Virus record (IMG/VR): IMGVR_UViG_3300048997_000130
Span: 64,001 to 128,000 of that record
DNA: 64,000 nucleotides
DNA from: a virus
Direction: 5' to 3' (one strand)
Part shown: in pieces, positions 18,139-28,292 of the stretch
Layout of the letters: each line of letters starts with the position of its first letter
Numbering within the stretch: position 1 is the stretch's first letter
Made by a program: the position numbers and the translations under genes
The notes under the pieces: generated by a model
What the model saw: the letters and a program-made list of their open reading frames with translations, nothing else
What the model was told of the DNA's origin: nothing
The model's database searches: none

Positions 18139-18732
18139 TTAATCTATAATTAATTCTCGGAGTCTGGATTTTATGTATTCCATTCGTTTTTCATAATCCA
18201 AGTGATTTTTACGATATACTCGAATTATATTTTGCGATAAATTTGCTTGCTCGAAATCTTGATTCCAAGGTTGATCTAACATCAACACTAGACCACGAGG
18301 TCTCCATTCTAACCATCGAGTGATATATGGAGGCCAATCATCAAACAAAACTTTCCCATATTGACCACCTTTATCTTGTGTAATAGTTACACTAGCATCA
18401 GGGAGATGTTCCATACACCATTCATATTTTTCAGTCCACGCTGTACTACACCGCTTAGGTCCTTTAGTTAAGACAACCAAAATAAATTGCAATTCTCTGA
18501 ATAAATCAATTATTTTTATGCCTTCTTCAATGAGAGGAAGACTTTTCCAATATCCAGGATTATTTTTAATCAACTCCATTCGGCGCTCAATATAATCAGG
18601 AGCTCCTTCTATCTTGGTAACTGGTGATTCAAATGGAGAACGCAGTTCTTCCAATTTAGCTAACATAGTGGAATTATAATCCACCATGGTCCCATCCATA
18701 TCAATCAAAGCGATGAGTTCAGATTTTTTCAT
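18139..18732 (-). CDS. HAD-family 5'(3')-deoxyribonucleotidase (NT5C-like)
   Basis: ALIDMDGTMVD (motif I), LTK, WTEKYEWC, VLFDDWP (motif IV). Confidence 0.85.
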   Translation of the reverse strand: MKKSELIALIDMDGTMVDYNSTMLAKLEELRSPFESPVTKIEGAPDYIERRMELIKNNPGYWKSLPLIEEGIKIIDLFRELQFILVVLTKGPKRCSTAWTEKYEWCMEHLPDASVTITQDKGGQYGKVLFDDWPPYITRWLEWRPRGLVLMLDQPWNQDFEQANLSQNIIRVYRKNHLDYEKRMEYIKSRLRELIID

Positions 18733-18767
18733 TTTAATTTAATGAAAAAATACAATTTGGAATAAGC

Positions 18768-19115
18768 TTAATTACTAAATAACACTGGCAGATATTCAGG
18801 AATAGAATAATCTGGAGTTTCTCTCCATCCAGATTTTTTCCCATCAGGAACCATTTGCATCACTTGTAGACGAGATTGTAATCGAATATGATCTGTGACA
18901 ATTATAACACCTGCACAAGTTTCTCCACGTATTTCCGATGGACAAATATTCCCAGATAACGAATAGGTTATACCTATTATTCCTTCACGAGAAGATTCTG
19001 CAATTATCCAAGATCGAATATCATCATTCGGACTGGTGGCTTTTATCCAGCCAGTCCGAGTATATAAAAAACCTTCAGAAGCAATCTCTGTACATGGATG
19101 ACCTTCATCCAGCAA
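18768..19115 (-). CDS. Hypothetical protein
   Basis: 115-aa ORF. Confidence 0.55.
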   Translation of the reverse strand: MLDEGHPCTEIASEGFLYTRTGWIKATSPNDDIRSWIIAESSREGIIGITYSLSGNICPSEIRGETCAGVIIVTDHIRLQSRLQVMQMVPDGKKSGWRETPDYSIPEYLPVLFSN

Positions 19116-19165
19116 TTTATCGATTGCTGACTTTAAAAAGGAAATTCGGGCGTCAAACGTAGAAA

Positions 19166-19408
19166 TCAGTGATTTGATTTCTTGTGAGAATTATGTAGAT
19201 CGTCTAAAGCCGATCCAAAAGCTTCCGTATCGCCTTCGCCAAAAGCTTTATTCACTGCATCCAGTTTATGTTTCACCATGTTCAATCCGGGTTTTGACAT
19301 CGGAAGAGCTTGATGTTCTTGTGGAGCTGGAGCTGAATGCTCCGGCATATCGTCCTGAGCTTTGATGAATCGAGTAGCAACACGTGATGCGAGCTTAGAT
19401 AATTCCAT
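19166..19408 (-). CDS. Small protein with N-terminal LASRVATRF motif
   Basis: MELSKLASRVATRF. Confidence 0.65.
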   Translation of the reverse strand: MELSKLASRVATRFIKAQDDMPEHSAPAPQEHQALPMSKPGLNMVKHKLDAVNKAFGEGDTEAFGSALDDLHNSHKKSNH

Positions 19409-19583
19409 GTCATTCTTAAATTATCAAAAGTTTACTGAATTAAATAATACATTTCGAATCAATTCCATGCGCATATGTTGGTAATGTGAATGGCCAAGAA
19501 TATATTATTTATTTGATTATAGAAAATGTCTGTTTGATAAATAATCAACCTCTAGTAATTATTAGTAATTGGAGAACTCAACC

Positions 19584-20180
19584 ATGAAAAAGCCCAGTTG
19601 GTTTAGGCCTATTGATTTCCTATCTTTTGCATTACCTGGTGTTGTCCTAATTGGTCTCACCATTTATGCTATGATTGCCGGTGCCGATGCTCCCAAAGGT
19701 GGAATTTGGGGTTGCTGGTTAGTAGCATTTAGCTTCGTAGCGATTTGGGGCCGATTCTGCTGGCTTCGAAAGAAGTGGCTTGATGAATTTACATGGTATC
19801 CAACGTACGGCGTCATGATGCATCCAGGAGCTGGTTATAAATTACCGTCTCCAGAATATTTGGATTCGACAATACAAGCTATTGTGAAGAAATGGACAGT
19901 ATTTTTCCCAAATGCTGAGAGCGCTTTGTTATCTGATGTAAATTGGTGCTGGTTTAAGAAAAATCTTAACGAGACTCCGATGAATCCGGCTGGAAGGAAA
20001 GTTAACGGTTTTACGATTCCTGGTAGCCATGAATTTGAAGTGGATTATGATACGGATACGCAAAATTTAGTCCAGACTGCTTTTCCACATGAACTTGGAC
20101 ATGTAATAATGGGGAATTCGACTGGCAAATGGGATCAAGATACGCATCATAACTTCATGAAAGAACACGGATTGCAATAA
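19584..20180 (+). CDS. Membrane protein with zincin-type HExxH motif
   Basis: Two hydrophobic helices, then FPHELGH; GGAG RBS at 19571-19574. Confidence 0.65.
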   Translation: MKKPSWFRPIDFLSFALPGVVLIGLTIYAMIAGADAPKGGIWGCWLVAFSFVAIWGRFCWLRKKWLDEFTWYPTYGVMMHPGAGYKLPSPEYLDSTIQAIVKKWTVFFPNAESALLSDVNWCWFKKNLNETPMNPAGRKVNGFTIPGSHEFEVDYDTDTQNLVQTAFPHELGHVIMGNSTGKWDQDTHHNFMKEHGLQ

Positions 20181-20199
20181 TTTTGTAATTGTAAATTGT

Positions 20200-20246
20200 A
20201 TATGGAATTGCCCGATCATAATTTTCATGATCGGGCAATTCCATAT
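20200..20246 (+). terminator. 20-bp perfect hairpin (terminator/attenuator-like)
   Basis: ATATGGAATTGCCCGATCAT-7nt-ATGATCGGGCAATTCCATAT. Confidence 0.7.
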
Positions 20247-20269
20247 TTAACATAAGTATAGTAGCCAAT

Positions 20270-21181
20270 ATGGAATTGCCCAAACATTTTATGGTATGTA
20301 TATCAGGATATTCTGGAACTGGAAAAGACGAGGTTGCCAAAAGATTAATAGCGAAATTCGGAGCTTTCCAAACAGGACTCGCAGATCCAGCCAAGCGCCA
20401 TATGGCGGATTTATATGGATTTAGTGAAGACCAATTATTCGGTCCTTCGGCTTCTCGAAATGCCGGAGATCTTAGATATCCTAAAGATTCATTTTTTGAT
20501 AAGAATTTGACAGTATCTGAATTCTGTTCTGAGAATTATCCGAAAGATTTGATCGGAAACTTAGAACCAGGAGTTATTTATTGGCAAAGTTCTGGTCGCG
20601 GATTCCATCTTCCTAATAAACCGGCGCTTCCATATATACCACTACGTTTAGGAAGTGGTATAACACTAATTCCGGATAGGCATCCATATTTTTGGCTATC
20701 GCCTCGTGAAGCATTACAAAAATACTGTGAAATCATGAATTCAATGTATTTAGATACCTGGATTCGTAAAGGTATTGAAATCCATAAAAAATTAGCAGAG
20801 TTAGATACTAATAACAAAATATTTACTTATAAATATTCGCCTATGCTTGGGTTAGAATTCAATACTTTAGGTACACGACATCGAGCGGTTGGGAATAGTC
20901 CCATCATCACTTGTTTTGCTGATTTCCGGCATAAGCACGAAATTAATTTAACTCGCAAGACTACAGATTTGATTCCTGTCCTTGTTCGGATTAAAAGGCC
21001 TTCTGTTCCCGATCCACCATATGATCATAGATCAGAAGTTGAACAATCAACCATTCCAGATTCAGTATTCGATTTTATAATCAATAATGATAGCACATTG
21101 GAGAATCTATGGACCAATATCGATAATATGGTGGATGATTTCACAGCATCTCAATGGGAATCTTCAGGAGACACACTATGA
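20270..21181 (+). CDS. Deoxynucleoside monophosphate kinase (T4 gp1-like)
   Basis: CISGYSGTGKDEVA P-loop, LADPAK, SPREALQKYC, ADFRHKHE, DHRSE, IINND. Confidence 0.85.
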   Translation: MELPKHFMVCISGYSGTGKDEVAKRLIAKFGAFQTGLADPAKRHMADLYGFSEDQLFGPSASRNAGDLRYPKDSFFDKNLTVSEFCSENYPKDLIGNLEPGVIYWQSSGRGFHLPNKPALPYIPLRLGSGITLIPDRHPYFWLSPREALQKYCEIMNSMYLDTWIRKGIEIHKKLAELDTNNKIFTYKYSPMLGLEFNTLGTRHRAVGNSPIITCFADFRHKHEINLTRKTTDLIPVLVRIKRPSVPDPPYDHRSEVEQSTIPDSVFDFIINNDSTLENLWTNIDNMVDDFTASQWESSGDTL

Positions 21182-22164
21182 AACTTACCGCTGATAATTT
21201 AGTACCATTTACCCACCAAGCTCTTGAACAAATAGAAATAATTTATACGCACGCATCATGTCCGGATGGTACATCAGCTGCAATGATAGCAGCTGCAGCC
21301 TTTGCATCGATTGGGAAATATCCAGCGATTAAGACCATTCAATATGGGACGGAAGAACATTTTCAATTGCTTCCAACTCCCAATACTCTATTTATTGATA
21401 TTACGCCACATATTAATAACTGGAAATCATGGGAATCATATTCACCCATAATTCTCGATCACCATATAACTGCTCGAGATGTTACGTTAGGATTAAATGG
21501 GATTTATGGCGGGACTGATGATTCAGGAGCAACGTTAGCTTATAAATATGTTATGCTACAGTTATGTCCGTTTATTGCTGAAGAATGGAAAGAATTTGCA
21601 TATCTATCGATGGTCAGAGATACTTGGAAAAAGGACCTATCTGAATGGCCGAAGGCTCAAGCTCTGTCTCAAGCTCTGATATTTTATAATATCAATGAAT
21701 TGATTGAAAAAGTTCGTAATGGAACCATTGATTTTGATCCATTTTATTCATTAGGATATTTATTGATTAAGCGTGCACTAGATAAAGCTGAATTATTAGC
21801 CAAAGGCGCTTCATTGGCTTACTTAGTTGTCGATGATCATAAATACAAAATCGGATTTTTCAATTGCACTGAAAAATTGATATCTGAAACTGGAAATCAT
21901 TTGATAGAAGCGCACGATTGTGACATGGCTGTCGGTTATTTTTATTTACATGAAGATAATTGTGACAAAGTTGTCGTATCTTTGCGTTCTAAAGCTGGCG
22001 GAGACATTGCCGTAAATGTCATAACAGAACAGTTCGGGGGCGGTGGACATGCGGCTGCAGCAGGTTTTTCGTTGAAAGATTCAACTACTTTAAGTCTTAA
22101 AAATTTACAAGATTTGATTATTGGAAAGCTTTATAACCTCCTTGTTGAAAATCAAAGGAAATGA
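21178..22164 (+). CDS. DHH/DHHA1 phosphoesterase
   Basis: HASCPDG, FIDI, ILDHH, VSLRS, GGGGHAAAAGF; AGGAG RBS before MKLT. Confidence 0.88.
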   Translation: MKLTADNLVPFTHQALEQIEIIYTHASCPDGTSAAMIAAAAFASIGKYPAIKTIQYGTEEHFQLLPTPNTLFIDITPHINNWKSWESYSPIILDHHITARDVTLGLNGIYGGTDDSGATLAYKYVMLQLCPFIAEEWKEFAYLSMVRDTWKKDLSEWPKAQALSQALIFYNINELIEKVRNGTIDFDPFYSLGYLLIKRALDKAELLAKGASLAYLVVDDHKYKIGFFNCTEKLISETGNHLIEAHDCDMAVGYFYLHEDNCDKVVVSLRSKAGGDIAVNVITEQFGGGGHAAAAGFSLKDSTTLSLKNLQDLIIGKLYNLLVENQRK

Positions 22165-22961
22165 AATGTAGCATTTCTGTACTAACTTCTCCCCAAGAAC
22201 TTAAGAACTATTTTGGTAAAGGTGAGGTATGGAAAAAGGCATTATGGTCGGATGACGGAGCATTTGATGGAGAATCTGATTCATTTTTGGTTCAGTTTAA
22301 ACCTTCGCATATAGAATATAAAGTCGATATTTATGCGATAGATGATCCAACAGATTCTGAAGAAATCATAACTACTAATCCGACCAAAGAACTGGTCAAA
22401 TTCTTGAGTAATGGGGTTCCGGGCGGAGAACACCTTGAAAGAGCTGCAACGAGCCCTTCTGAATTTGCTCAATTGCTCAGATATTTATCCGAAGAAGAAC
22501 CTTCTTCGAACGTACTTAGACGGGTAGCGATACTTCCTGATCAAAGATTAACTCGACAAGTGTTAGCTAGAGTTGTAAGTTTAGCTACAGACACGCAAGA
22601 TGCTGAACTTGATAAAATCAAAGAAGAAATGAAACGGAAGGGGTGGAAAGTGTGGACAGATATTGAAAATAACCACACTCAATTACATGTAGATATATCA
22701 GGGATCTACGAAGCTACTATTGCTGTTGAACAATGTTTGTATGAATACAAATTTTCATTACGAGATAGATCTGATATTGAAGATAGTGGCACGACAGATG
22801 ATCCAATAAAATCCTTTAAGAAATTTTATCGTGACGAAAAAGTGGAAGAATCTAGAAAAGACGCACAACATGAGCGAAAAGAAAAAGCTCGCGAGCAAGA
22901 TGATGTTAAAACAGTTGCTCCTCCACCCAAACGCAAATATGTAGAGGAAATTCCAGCATGA
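22161..22961 (+). CDS. Hypothetical protein with internally duplicated module
   Basis: YKV..D..TTNPTK..KF repeated as YKF..D..TDDPIK..KF. Confidence 0.75.
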   Translation: MKCSISVLTSPQELKNYFGKGEVWKKALWSDDGAFDGESDSFLVQFKPSHIEYKVDIYAIDDPTDSEEIITTNPTKELVKFLSNGVPGGEHLERAATSPSEFAQLLRYLSEEEPSSNVLRRVAILPDQRLTRQVLARVVSLATDTQDAELDKIKEEMKRKGWKVWTDIENNHTQLHVDISGIYEATIAVEQCLYEYKFSLRDRSDIEDSGTTDDPIKSFKKFYRDEKVEESRKDAQHERKEKAREQDDVKTVAPPPKRKYVEEIPA

Positions 22962-23185
22962 GCTTATGGGATCCGCCAAAACAAGATAGTGAATTAACAG
23001 AAGAAGAAAAGAATTCGCGAGACCGAATGAATGCGGCTCTGGCTAAAGCTGGCAATACTTTGAAAAGTATGACTGAAGTTGAAATCATCCAACTAAAGAA
23101 AAATGTTGAAGAAAGAAATCAGGATCGTTTAAAAGCATATCGGACTAAAATATCCATGCAAACATGGTTCAAAAGATTAGATTAG
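22958..23185 (+). CDS. Hypothetical protein
   Basis: ATGA-coupled 75-aa ORF. Confidence 0.65.
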   Translation: MSLWDPPKQDSELTEEEKNSRDRMNAALAKAGNTLKSMTEVEIIQLKKNVEERNQDRLKAYRTKISMQTWFKRLD

Positions 23186-23221
23186 TAATTTCGAATATGC
23201 GTCGGATTCGAAATTACTGTT

Positions 23222-23590
23222 ATGCAGAAATACAAAAGACTGCGAACATGGGCTTTGAAAGAAGCCCGATTACCAGCATTTAGTATAATCTGGGCATTAA
23301 TTCCAGAACTCCGAAAATTTGTTACGGAATGTTGTATAGATATCGGAGTAGATCATATTCCACTAAATCACAAAGATTTCCAAAATTGTATAATTGTTCT
23401 CAATATAATTCCGGGTAGTCGTTCTAGATTATTTGAAATTCCTACTATTTTCCCGACTTGGAAAATAATAATCAATAATTGGGAAAAATTGGAAATCGTG
23501 TGTTCCAATAATAATGATATAGCACAGTTCAACGACATAATGACAAGATTGTTGTTAGAATCTCAATATGGAAAAATCCAAGTTCGTTAG
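23222..23590 (+). CDS. Hypothetical protein
   Basis: 122-aa ORF in operon. Confidence 0.65.
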   Translation: MQKYKRLRTWALKEARLPAFSIIWALIPELRKFVTECCIDIGVDHIPLNHKDFQNCIIVLNIIPGSRSRLFEIPTIFPTWKIIINNWEKLEIVCSNNNDIAQFNDIMTRLLLESQYGKIQVR

Positions 23591-23978
23591 ACCCGGAGAA
23601 TTCTCGGTAACTATTAATCAATATAAACGGGCCGATTTATTAATGAATTTGGTTGATTGGTACCAAATCATTAAATGTTTGACAGAAAAGATTCGGCGAT
23701 TGACTTGGGCATCAGATCCTACGCCATTAGTATTCGCAGAAATCCATCGAACAGCTCGTTTGGCTTTTGAAATTTCCAAAGCTGAACCTGATGATCAGTG
23801 TAAACTCACTGATTTATCTAAAGCGGACTGGGAATTAATAATTCGACTACCTTGTTTAAAAGCTCCAGTGTTTAAGAAACTGGACGTATATACCGAAGCA
23901 TTGCGCAACGATGATGATGTAGATCCGTCAACTGCTGATAAATTAGTAAAAGGATTAACAGAAGTCTTCGAATCTTGA
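23568..23978 (+). CDS. Hypothetical protein
   Basis: 136-aa ORF in operon. Confidence 0.65.
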   Translation: MEKSKFVRPGEFSVTINQYKRADLLMNLVDWYQIIKCLTEKIRRLTWASDPTPLVFAEIHRTARLAFEISKAEPDDQCKLTDLSKADWELIIRLPCLKAPVFKKLDVYTEALRNDDDVDPSTADKLVKGLTEVFES

Positions 23979-24668
23979 TCAACGAGCGCCTGATTCTCGT
24001 ATAGCTAGCGTTCCAAAATGGCTGGCTGAATACCAAAATATTAAATCTACTATGCCGAGTGGCATTCCTTCCGGACGTACGTTCCTACACATAGTTATTG
24101 GATCTGCTATATTCCAATATTTGGCTAATCTAACAAGATGTAAATCAGGTTTTACGAATTCAAGCAATCCGATATTCCTAGCCAAATGATAACAAGTTAT
24201 CTTCCCGATATATGGAAGTTTTTGCAGCAATTCCGGTTGGGATAAATAATCCGATTTATATTTATCCCAACCAAATACATCAATTCCATCTTGTAATAAT
24301 TTAGAATTCATCCAGATAGCTTTGGCTTTTTGAGGATTATTACATACTCTCAAAACGGGCTCCAGGGCTTCGTTGGATTCTTTCTTGGAAAGTACGCTCC
24401 AATGTCCATACGCTGGAATTAATCGGGCCATCATTTTTCCTACCTGTTTAGCAGAAAATCCAGTAGCATGGACTACCCATATATATTCCAAAAAATACCT
24501 ATCAGGATTGATTTCCTCGAATCGTATTTCAGAAAATTGTTGGAGTTCTTCCGAATAGAATTCGAGAACAAATTGATAAGCTTTATTGAAATAAAGCTGA
24601 GGGCCCGCCGTATGATCAGGCTTCCAATATTCTAGTTGATCGATATTTAATGTTTTATGTGGCTCCAA
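23979..24668 (-). CDS. HhH-GPD-like DNA glycosylase homolog
   Basis: LQKLPYIGKITCYHLARNIG (HhH), followed by KPDLHL (conserved Asp position). Confidence 0.65.
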   Translation of the reverse strand: MEPHKTLNIDQLEYWKPDHTAGPQLYFNKAYQFVLEFYSEELQQFSEIRFEEINPDRYFLEYIWVVHATGFSAKQVGKMMARLIPAYGHWSVLSKKESNEALEPVLRVCNNPQKAKAIWMNSKLLQDGIDVFGWDKYKSDYLSQPELLQKLPYIGKITCYHLARNIGLLEFVKPDLHLVRLAKYWNIADPITMCRNVRPEGMPLGIVDLIFWYSASHFGTLAIRESGAR

Positions 24669-24684
24669 TGTTCCTTAATATACA

Positions 24685-24933
24685 TTACGCGACTGACATC
24701 ATACCTGACGGTTGGACTGGCATGTTACTAACAATAAATATAATATTCTCGTCGTTATTCCAATCGAACGTTATGACATGATAATTGTCAGTATTGGCAT
24801 TCCAACATGCTTGACAAAAAATCCTATGCCAATATTGTGTCGTATATCGACGTACTAGACGAGATATTTGCCCGCACACAGAACATTGGCCGTGTTCAGG
24901 ACTCCATAAGATATACATACTAATGCATTCCAA
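24685..24933 (-). CDS. Small Zn-finger protein
   Basis: QCSVCG..FCQACW. Confidence 0.55.
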   Translation of the reverse strand: MECISMYILWSPEHGQCSVCGQISRLVRRYTTQYWHRIFCQACWNANTDNYHVITFDWNNDENIIFIVSNMPVQPSGMMSVA

Positions 24934-25008
24934 TAAGGTTATATGATAAATCAGAATTCATTTCTTAATATAATATCATAATAGATAGATTCCGATGTAG
25001 ATTATCAT

Positions 25009-25524
25009 ATGACTTCGAAACGAGTATCTATTCAAAATATTGGACAAGTTCGTACCATAAATATATTAAATAATCAAGTTCGCATCACTATCGAATGTCC
25101 TGACATTAAAACAGCTGTTTATTATGAATCCAATATAAATGCAGATTTACCTCAAGTTTGGGAATGGATTTATGTGGAAGCCTGGGGAGAAGTAAATTCT
25201 GGAAAATCGGATGATACACTCATATATAAACCATATTACCATGTGCCATTAGATGGGACTCACAAAGATCAATGGAAATTTATGGAACTGCGCGATTTCA
25301 AATTCATACGTATTCCACCACGGAATTTAATGAATATTTTGGAAAGCTTGTCAGAAAGAATAAAATTACATATTGACCACTGGACTAGTACTAATTCCGA
25401 AGAACAATTATCTAAAACTCTAGAGATTGTGAACCAATTGCAATCAACCATGGAACTGGCTACTCGAATAGCCAGTCGAATCAATATTATTGACTCTTCA
25501 CGCGAGAAAAAGCCATATCTATAA
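25009..25524 (+). CDS. Hypothetical protein
   Basis: 171-aa ORF. Confidence 0.65.
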   Translation: MTSKRVSIQNIGQVRTINILNNQVRITIECPDIKTAVYYESNINADLPQVWEWIYVEAWGEVNSGKSDDTLIYKPYYHVPLDGTHKDQWKFMELRDFKFIRIPPRNLMNILESLSERIKLHIDHWTSTNSEEQLSKTLEIVNQLQSTMELATRIASRINIIDSSREKKPYL

Positions 25525-25702
25525 TAGATCGTATCGGATCCGTATCAAGATTAGATGTTGATAATAACTGGTTCCGTCTTTTCAATTCCGAAGACACTTT
25601 ATCTAAATGAGAAAGTAATTCATTATCGGACAATTGTTCTAAATCAACCGAATCCAGTAATGTCTTAGATGCGGATTGTTCCATATCGATAATTATGTCC
25701 AA
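25487..25702 (-). CDS. Hypothetical helical protein
   Basis: 71-aa ORF (LEQLSDNELL..ELKRR). Confidence 0.5.
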   Translation of the reverse strand: MDIIIDMEQSASKTLLDSVDLEQLSDNELLSHLDKVSSELKRRNQLLSTSNLDTDPIRSIIDMAFSRVKSQ

Positions 25703-26162
25703 TCATACGATGAAATGGTTTTTAGATGAAATCCGGATCGAATTTTCTAATTTACCATACCTTAGGATATGTGTATCTCCACAACATAACATCATTAATT
25801 TAAATCCATTATATGATGATGGATTTGAACCCAAACTTATCATAATTGATTTAAGTAAACAACCAATGAAACAAACAATTTATGATGAATTATCCAAAAA
25901 TATAGGAATAATAACTAATCATCATATAATTCGTGATATTGTGGATTCATTATATTCAACATGTGGAATTGATAATATATTAAGTATTGATCCACAATCT
26001 GTCCATGGATTATCGAGTGTGGAATTATTTAATCAGAAATGGAATATGAAACGTTTTTATGAACTACTGCATCGATTTAATATTAAAGATAATATTAAAT
26101 ATGAAGATGCTCTAGCTATACTCGATAAATATTATATAATAGATCCGATCATGAAGTCATGA
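25695..26162 (+). CDS. Hypothetical protein with shared C-terminal tag
   Basis: Ends DNIKYEDALAILDKYYIIDPIMKS*. Confidence 0.7.
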   Translation: MSNHTMKWFLDEIRIEFSNLPYLRICVSPQHNIINLNPLYDDGFEPKLIIIDLSKQPMKQTIYDELSKNIGIITNHHIIRDIVDSLYSTCGIDNILSIDPQSVHGLSSVELFNQKWNMKRFYELLHRFNIKDNIKYEDALAILDKYYIIDPIMKS

Positions 26163-26758
26163 ATCATCAAGGGAAACATGCACCACCCAGTGCAATAATT
26201 TTGATTGATTGCAAAGAGTATGATATTAATTATTTGAAAATATCATTTATTGAATCTGAGCGCTGGGTACTTGATGCTATGTCCAATAAAGGCGAGCGAT
26301 TCGTAATTGATTTAGTCCAGGGAAAGATTCCGGATACGTCCGGAATCGATTTATCTCAGATAGTTGGAAGCCGACCATTTAAAGAATTGACTAGTTCGCT
26401 ATATCAACGTAAAATCGGGGAAATGCTTCGAATATGGATTGAAATGGTATTCGGATCGCCAGTCGATTTATATGATAGTGGGCTTTTTCCGATTTCTAAA
26501 TCAGAAGATACATATCAAGTCCCGTCTGATGATCATATTATATGCGCTTGGAACACCGTTGCATTTTGCGAATATATAACTCAAAAATCGTCCGACTGGA
26601 TAGCATTACTGGAAAGACCAGCTTTAATTGAAGCCCTTGATCATTATTATTCAGAACAAATCCCGAAATCTAGTTCCAATCCAGACGCTTGCGATGGAAG
26701 TTCTCCTCCCTTAGGTGCAAATACTTCTAATACTATAACATCGGAAGCCGATTCATAA
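26159..26758 (+). CDS. Hypothetical protein
   Basis: ATGA-coupled 199-aa ORF. Confidence 0.65.
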   Translation: MNHQGKHAPPSAIILIDCKEYDINYLKISFIESERWVLDAMSNKGERFVIDLVQGKIPDTSGIDLSQIVGSRPFKELTSSLYQRKIGEMLRIWIEMVFGSPVDLYDSGLFPISKSEDTYQVPSDDHIICAWNTVAFCEYITQKSSDWIALLERPALIEALDHYYSEQIPKSSSNPDACDGSSPPLGANTSNTITSEADS

Positions 26759-27084
26759 TATATTGAAGTGAGTTGAAGATATGTTGCGAATTCTGGTTGA
26801 CGAGCTTTTAAAGTAAATCTTAACTGCCTCTCTATTGGATTGCAAATTACTAATAGATCCGAAATTAATATTGGACCTAATGAATCCTCTGAATGTGCAT
26901 TATATAATGATAATTGCCAAGACTGGTTCCCAGTCTTGGAAGAAGTAAAACTCGTGGCCAATATCTCAACCGGAGTAGGATTGACTTCAATACTGACTGG
27001 ATTATCAGGAATATGATATGATTCCTCATTTGCACAACGACAAGATATGAACATCAAAGCCAACCATGTATATATAATCTTCAT
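26647..27084 (-). CDS. Putative exported/lipoprotein downstream of endolysin
   Basis: MKIIYTWLALMFISC signal-like start, 4 nt after the endolysin stop. Confidence 0.55.
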   Translation of the reverse strand: MKIIYTWLALMFISCRCANEESYHIPDNPVSIEVNPTPVEILATSFTSSKTGNQSWQLSLYNAHSEDSLGPILISDLLVICNPIERQLRFTLKARQPEFATYLQLTSIYYESASDVIVLEVFAPKGGELPSQASGLELDFGICSE

Positions 27085-27088
27085 AAGA

Positions 27089-28216
27089 TTAACATTGATG
27101 ATGAGCTTTCCAAGCTCCAATTAATTCAGTTCGTGTATTCAATCCAACAGAACCCCTGGAATCAATCGAAATTTGATTATCCTGTTGGAATTCTCCGATG
27201 GCCTTTTGGGTCAATTTTCCCATAACGTCGTCTGCACCAGCAGGACCTACGTCATATCCTAAATCAATAAGTAATTCTTGAATATCCTTAGTCGATGTGA
27301 ACGTCGGAGCATTACCAGCGTCGCAAATACTATTTAAATCTAAATGCCAATTTTGCAAATCCTGAAAAAAATCTGGGAGATCTATCCCATAATTTTTCTC
27401 AAGATATGGACGGATTTTATTATATCTATCAGGATAAATCGATATTTTGGGTCCGAATGTTAATTCGCGCAGCATCGTTATGCACCAGTCTTTGGACCAT
27501 TTCAAAGCAGTACTTGATGACGAAGCTACTAATAATGATTTGGAAGCTGCAGCTGGTAAGTTAGATGCAAACGATAAATATGCTGTTCGCATCGCACCCA
27601 CCCACCCTTCGTCAGGGAACGAGGCATCTCGACCCCATAAAATGGCTTGGGCTTCAGGTGTTGCGAATCCTCGTAACCTAGCAATAGTCATGTCCACTTG
27701 AACCGATTCAGCTTCGGGATGCAAGAGCACATCCGAAATACAAGCTGCCCATAACTTAGCGTGAGATTTGGAAACACCGTCCCACGATCCAAGCGATCCG
27801 TTAGAATTTAGAAAATATGTTTGGTGTTGTTCTGGCAATGAGTCTACAATATTGTTAGTACCGCGAACACGTAAACGCCACTTACCAGAACCAACATCTA
27901 CAAAATCTACGTTTGAAGCATCAAGCGCCGGTTTTAGAGGAGTGAGTAATGATAAATTTTTTTCAGCAATTTTCCCTAATAGATTTGAAGACGAAAAATA
28001 CGACGCTTCGCACCATTGAATATATCCAATGGATAATACGCATCTATCATACATATTGATGGCATCAGGAGCCCCGCCTTCAGTCCGTGTTATGACGTCA
28101 AATGCACGTTGACCGGGCGTAGGAGACACCGGGAGAATATATTTTTTGGATCCACCAAAGTATGGGCCTTCCCAGTTTTTATATTTCCCCCAACGTATGT
28201 TAGCAACGCTTGTCAT
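27089..28216 (-). CDS. Endolysin-like protein: lysozyme-like N-domain + peptidoglycan-binding domain
   Basis: TRTEGG.PDAINMYD..LSIGYIQW; C-terminal IQELLIDLGYDVG..DDVMGKLTQKAIGEFQ (PG_binding_1 pattern). Confidence 0.75.
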   Translation of the reverse strand: MTSVANIRWGKYKNWEGPYFGGSKKYILPVSPTPGQRAFDVITRTEGGAPDAINMYDRCVLSIGYIQWCEASYFSSSNLLGKIAEKNLSLLTPLKPALDASNVDFVDVGSGKWRLRVRGTNNIVDSLPEQHQTYFLNSNGSLGSWDGVSKSHAKLWAACISDVLLHPEAESVQVDMTIARLRGFATPEAQAILWGRDASFPDEGWVGAMRTAYLSFASNLPAAASKSLLVASSSSTALKWSKDWCITMLRELTFGPKISIYPDRYNKIRPYLEKNYGIDLPDFFQDLQNWHLDLNSICDAGNAPTFTSTKDIQELLIDLGYDVGPAGADDVMGKLTQKAIGEFQQDNQISIDSRGSVGLNTRTELIGAWKAHHQC

Positions 28217-28292
28217 GATTCAATTCCACCTTACTTAATCTATCGAATTAAAACCTTCGAAAATCAATTATATATTTTGGTATTGGTGACTG

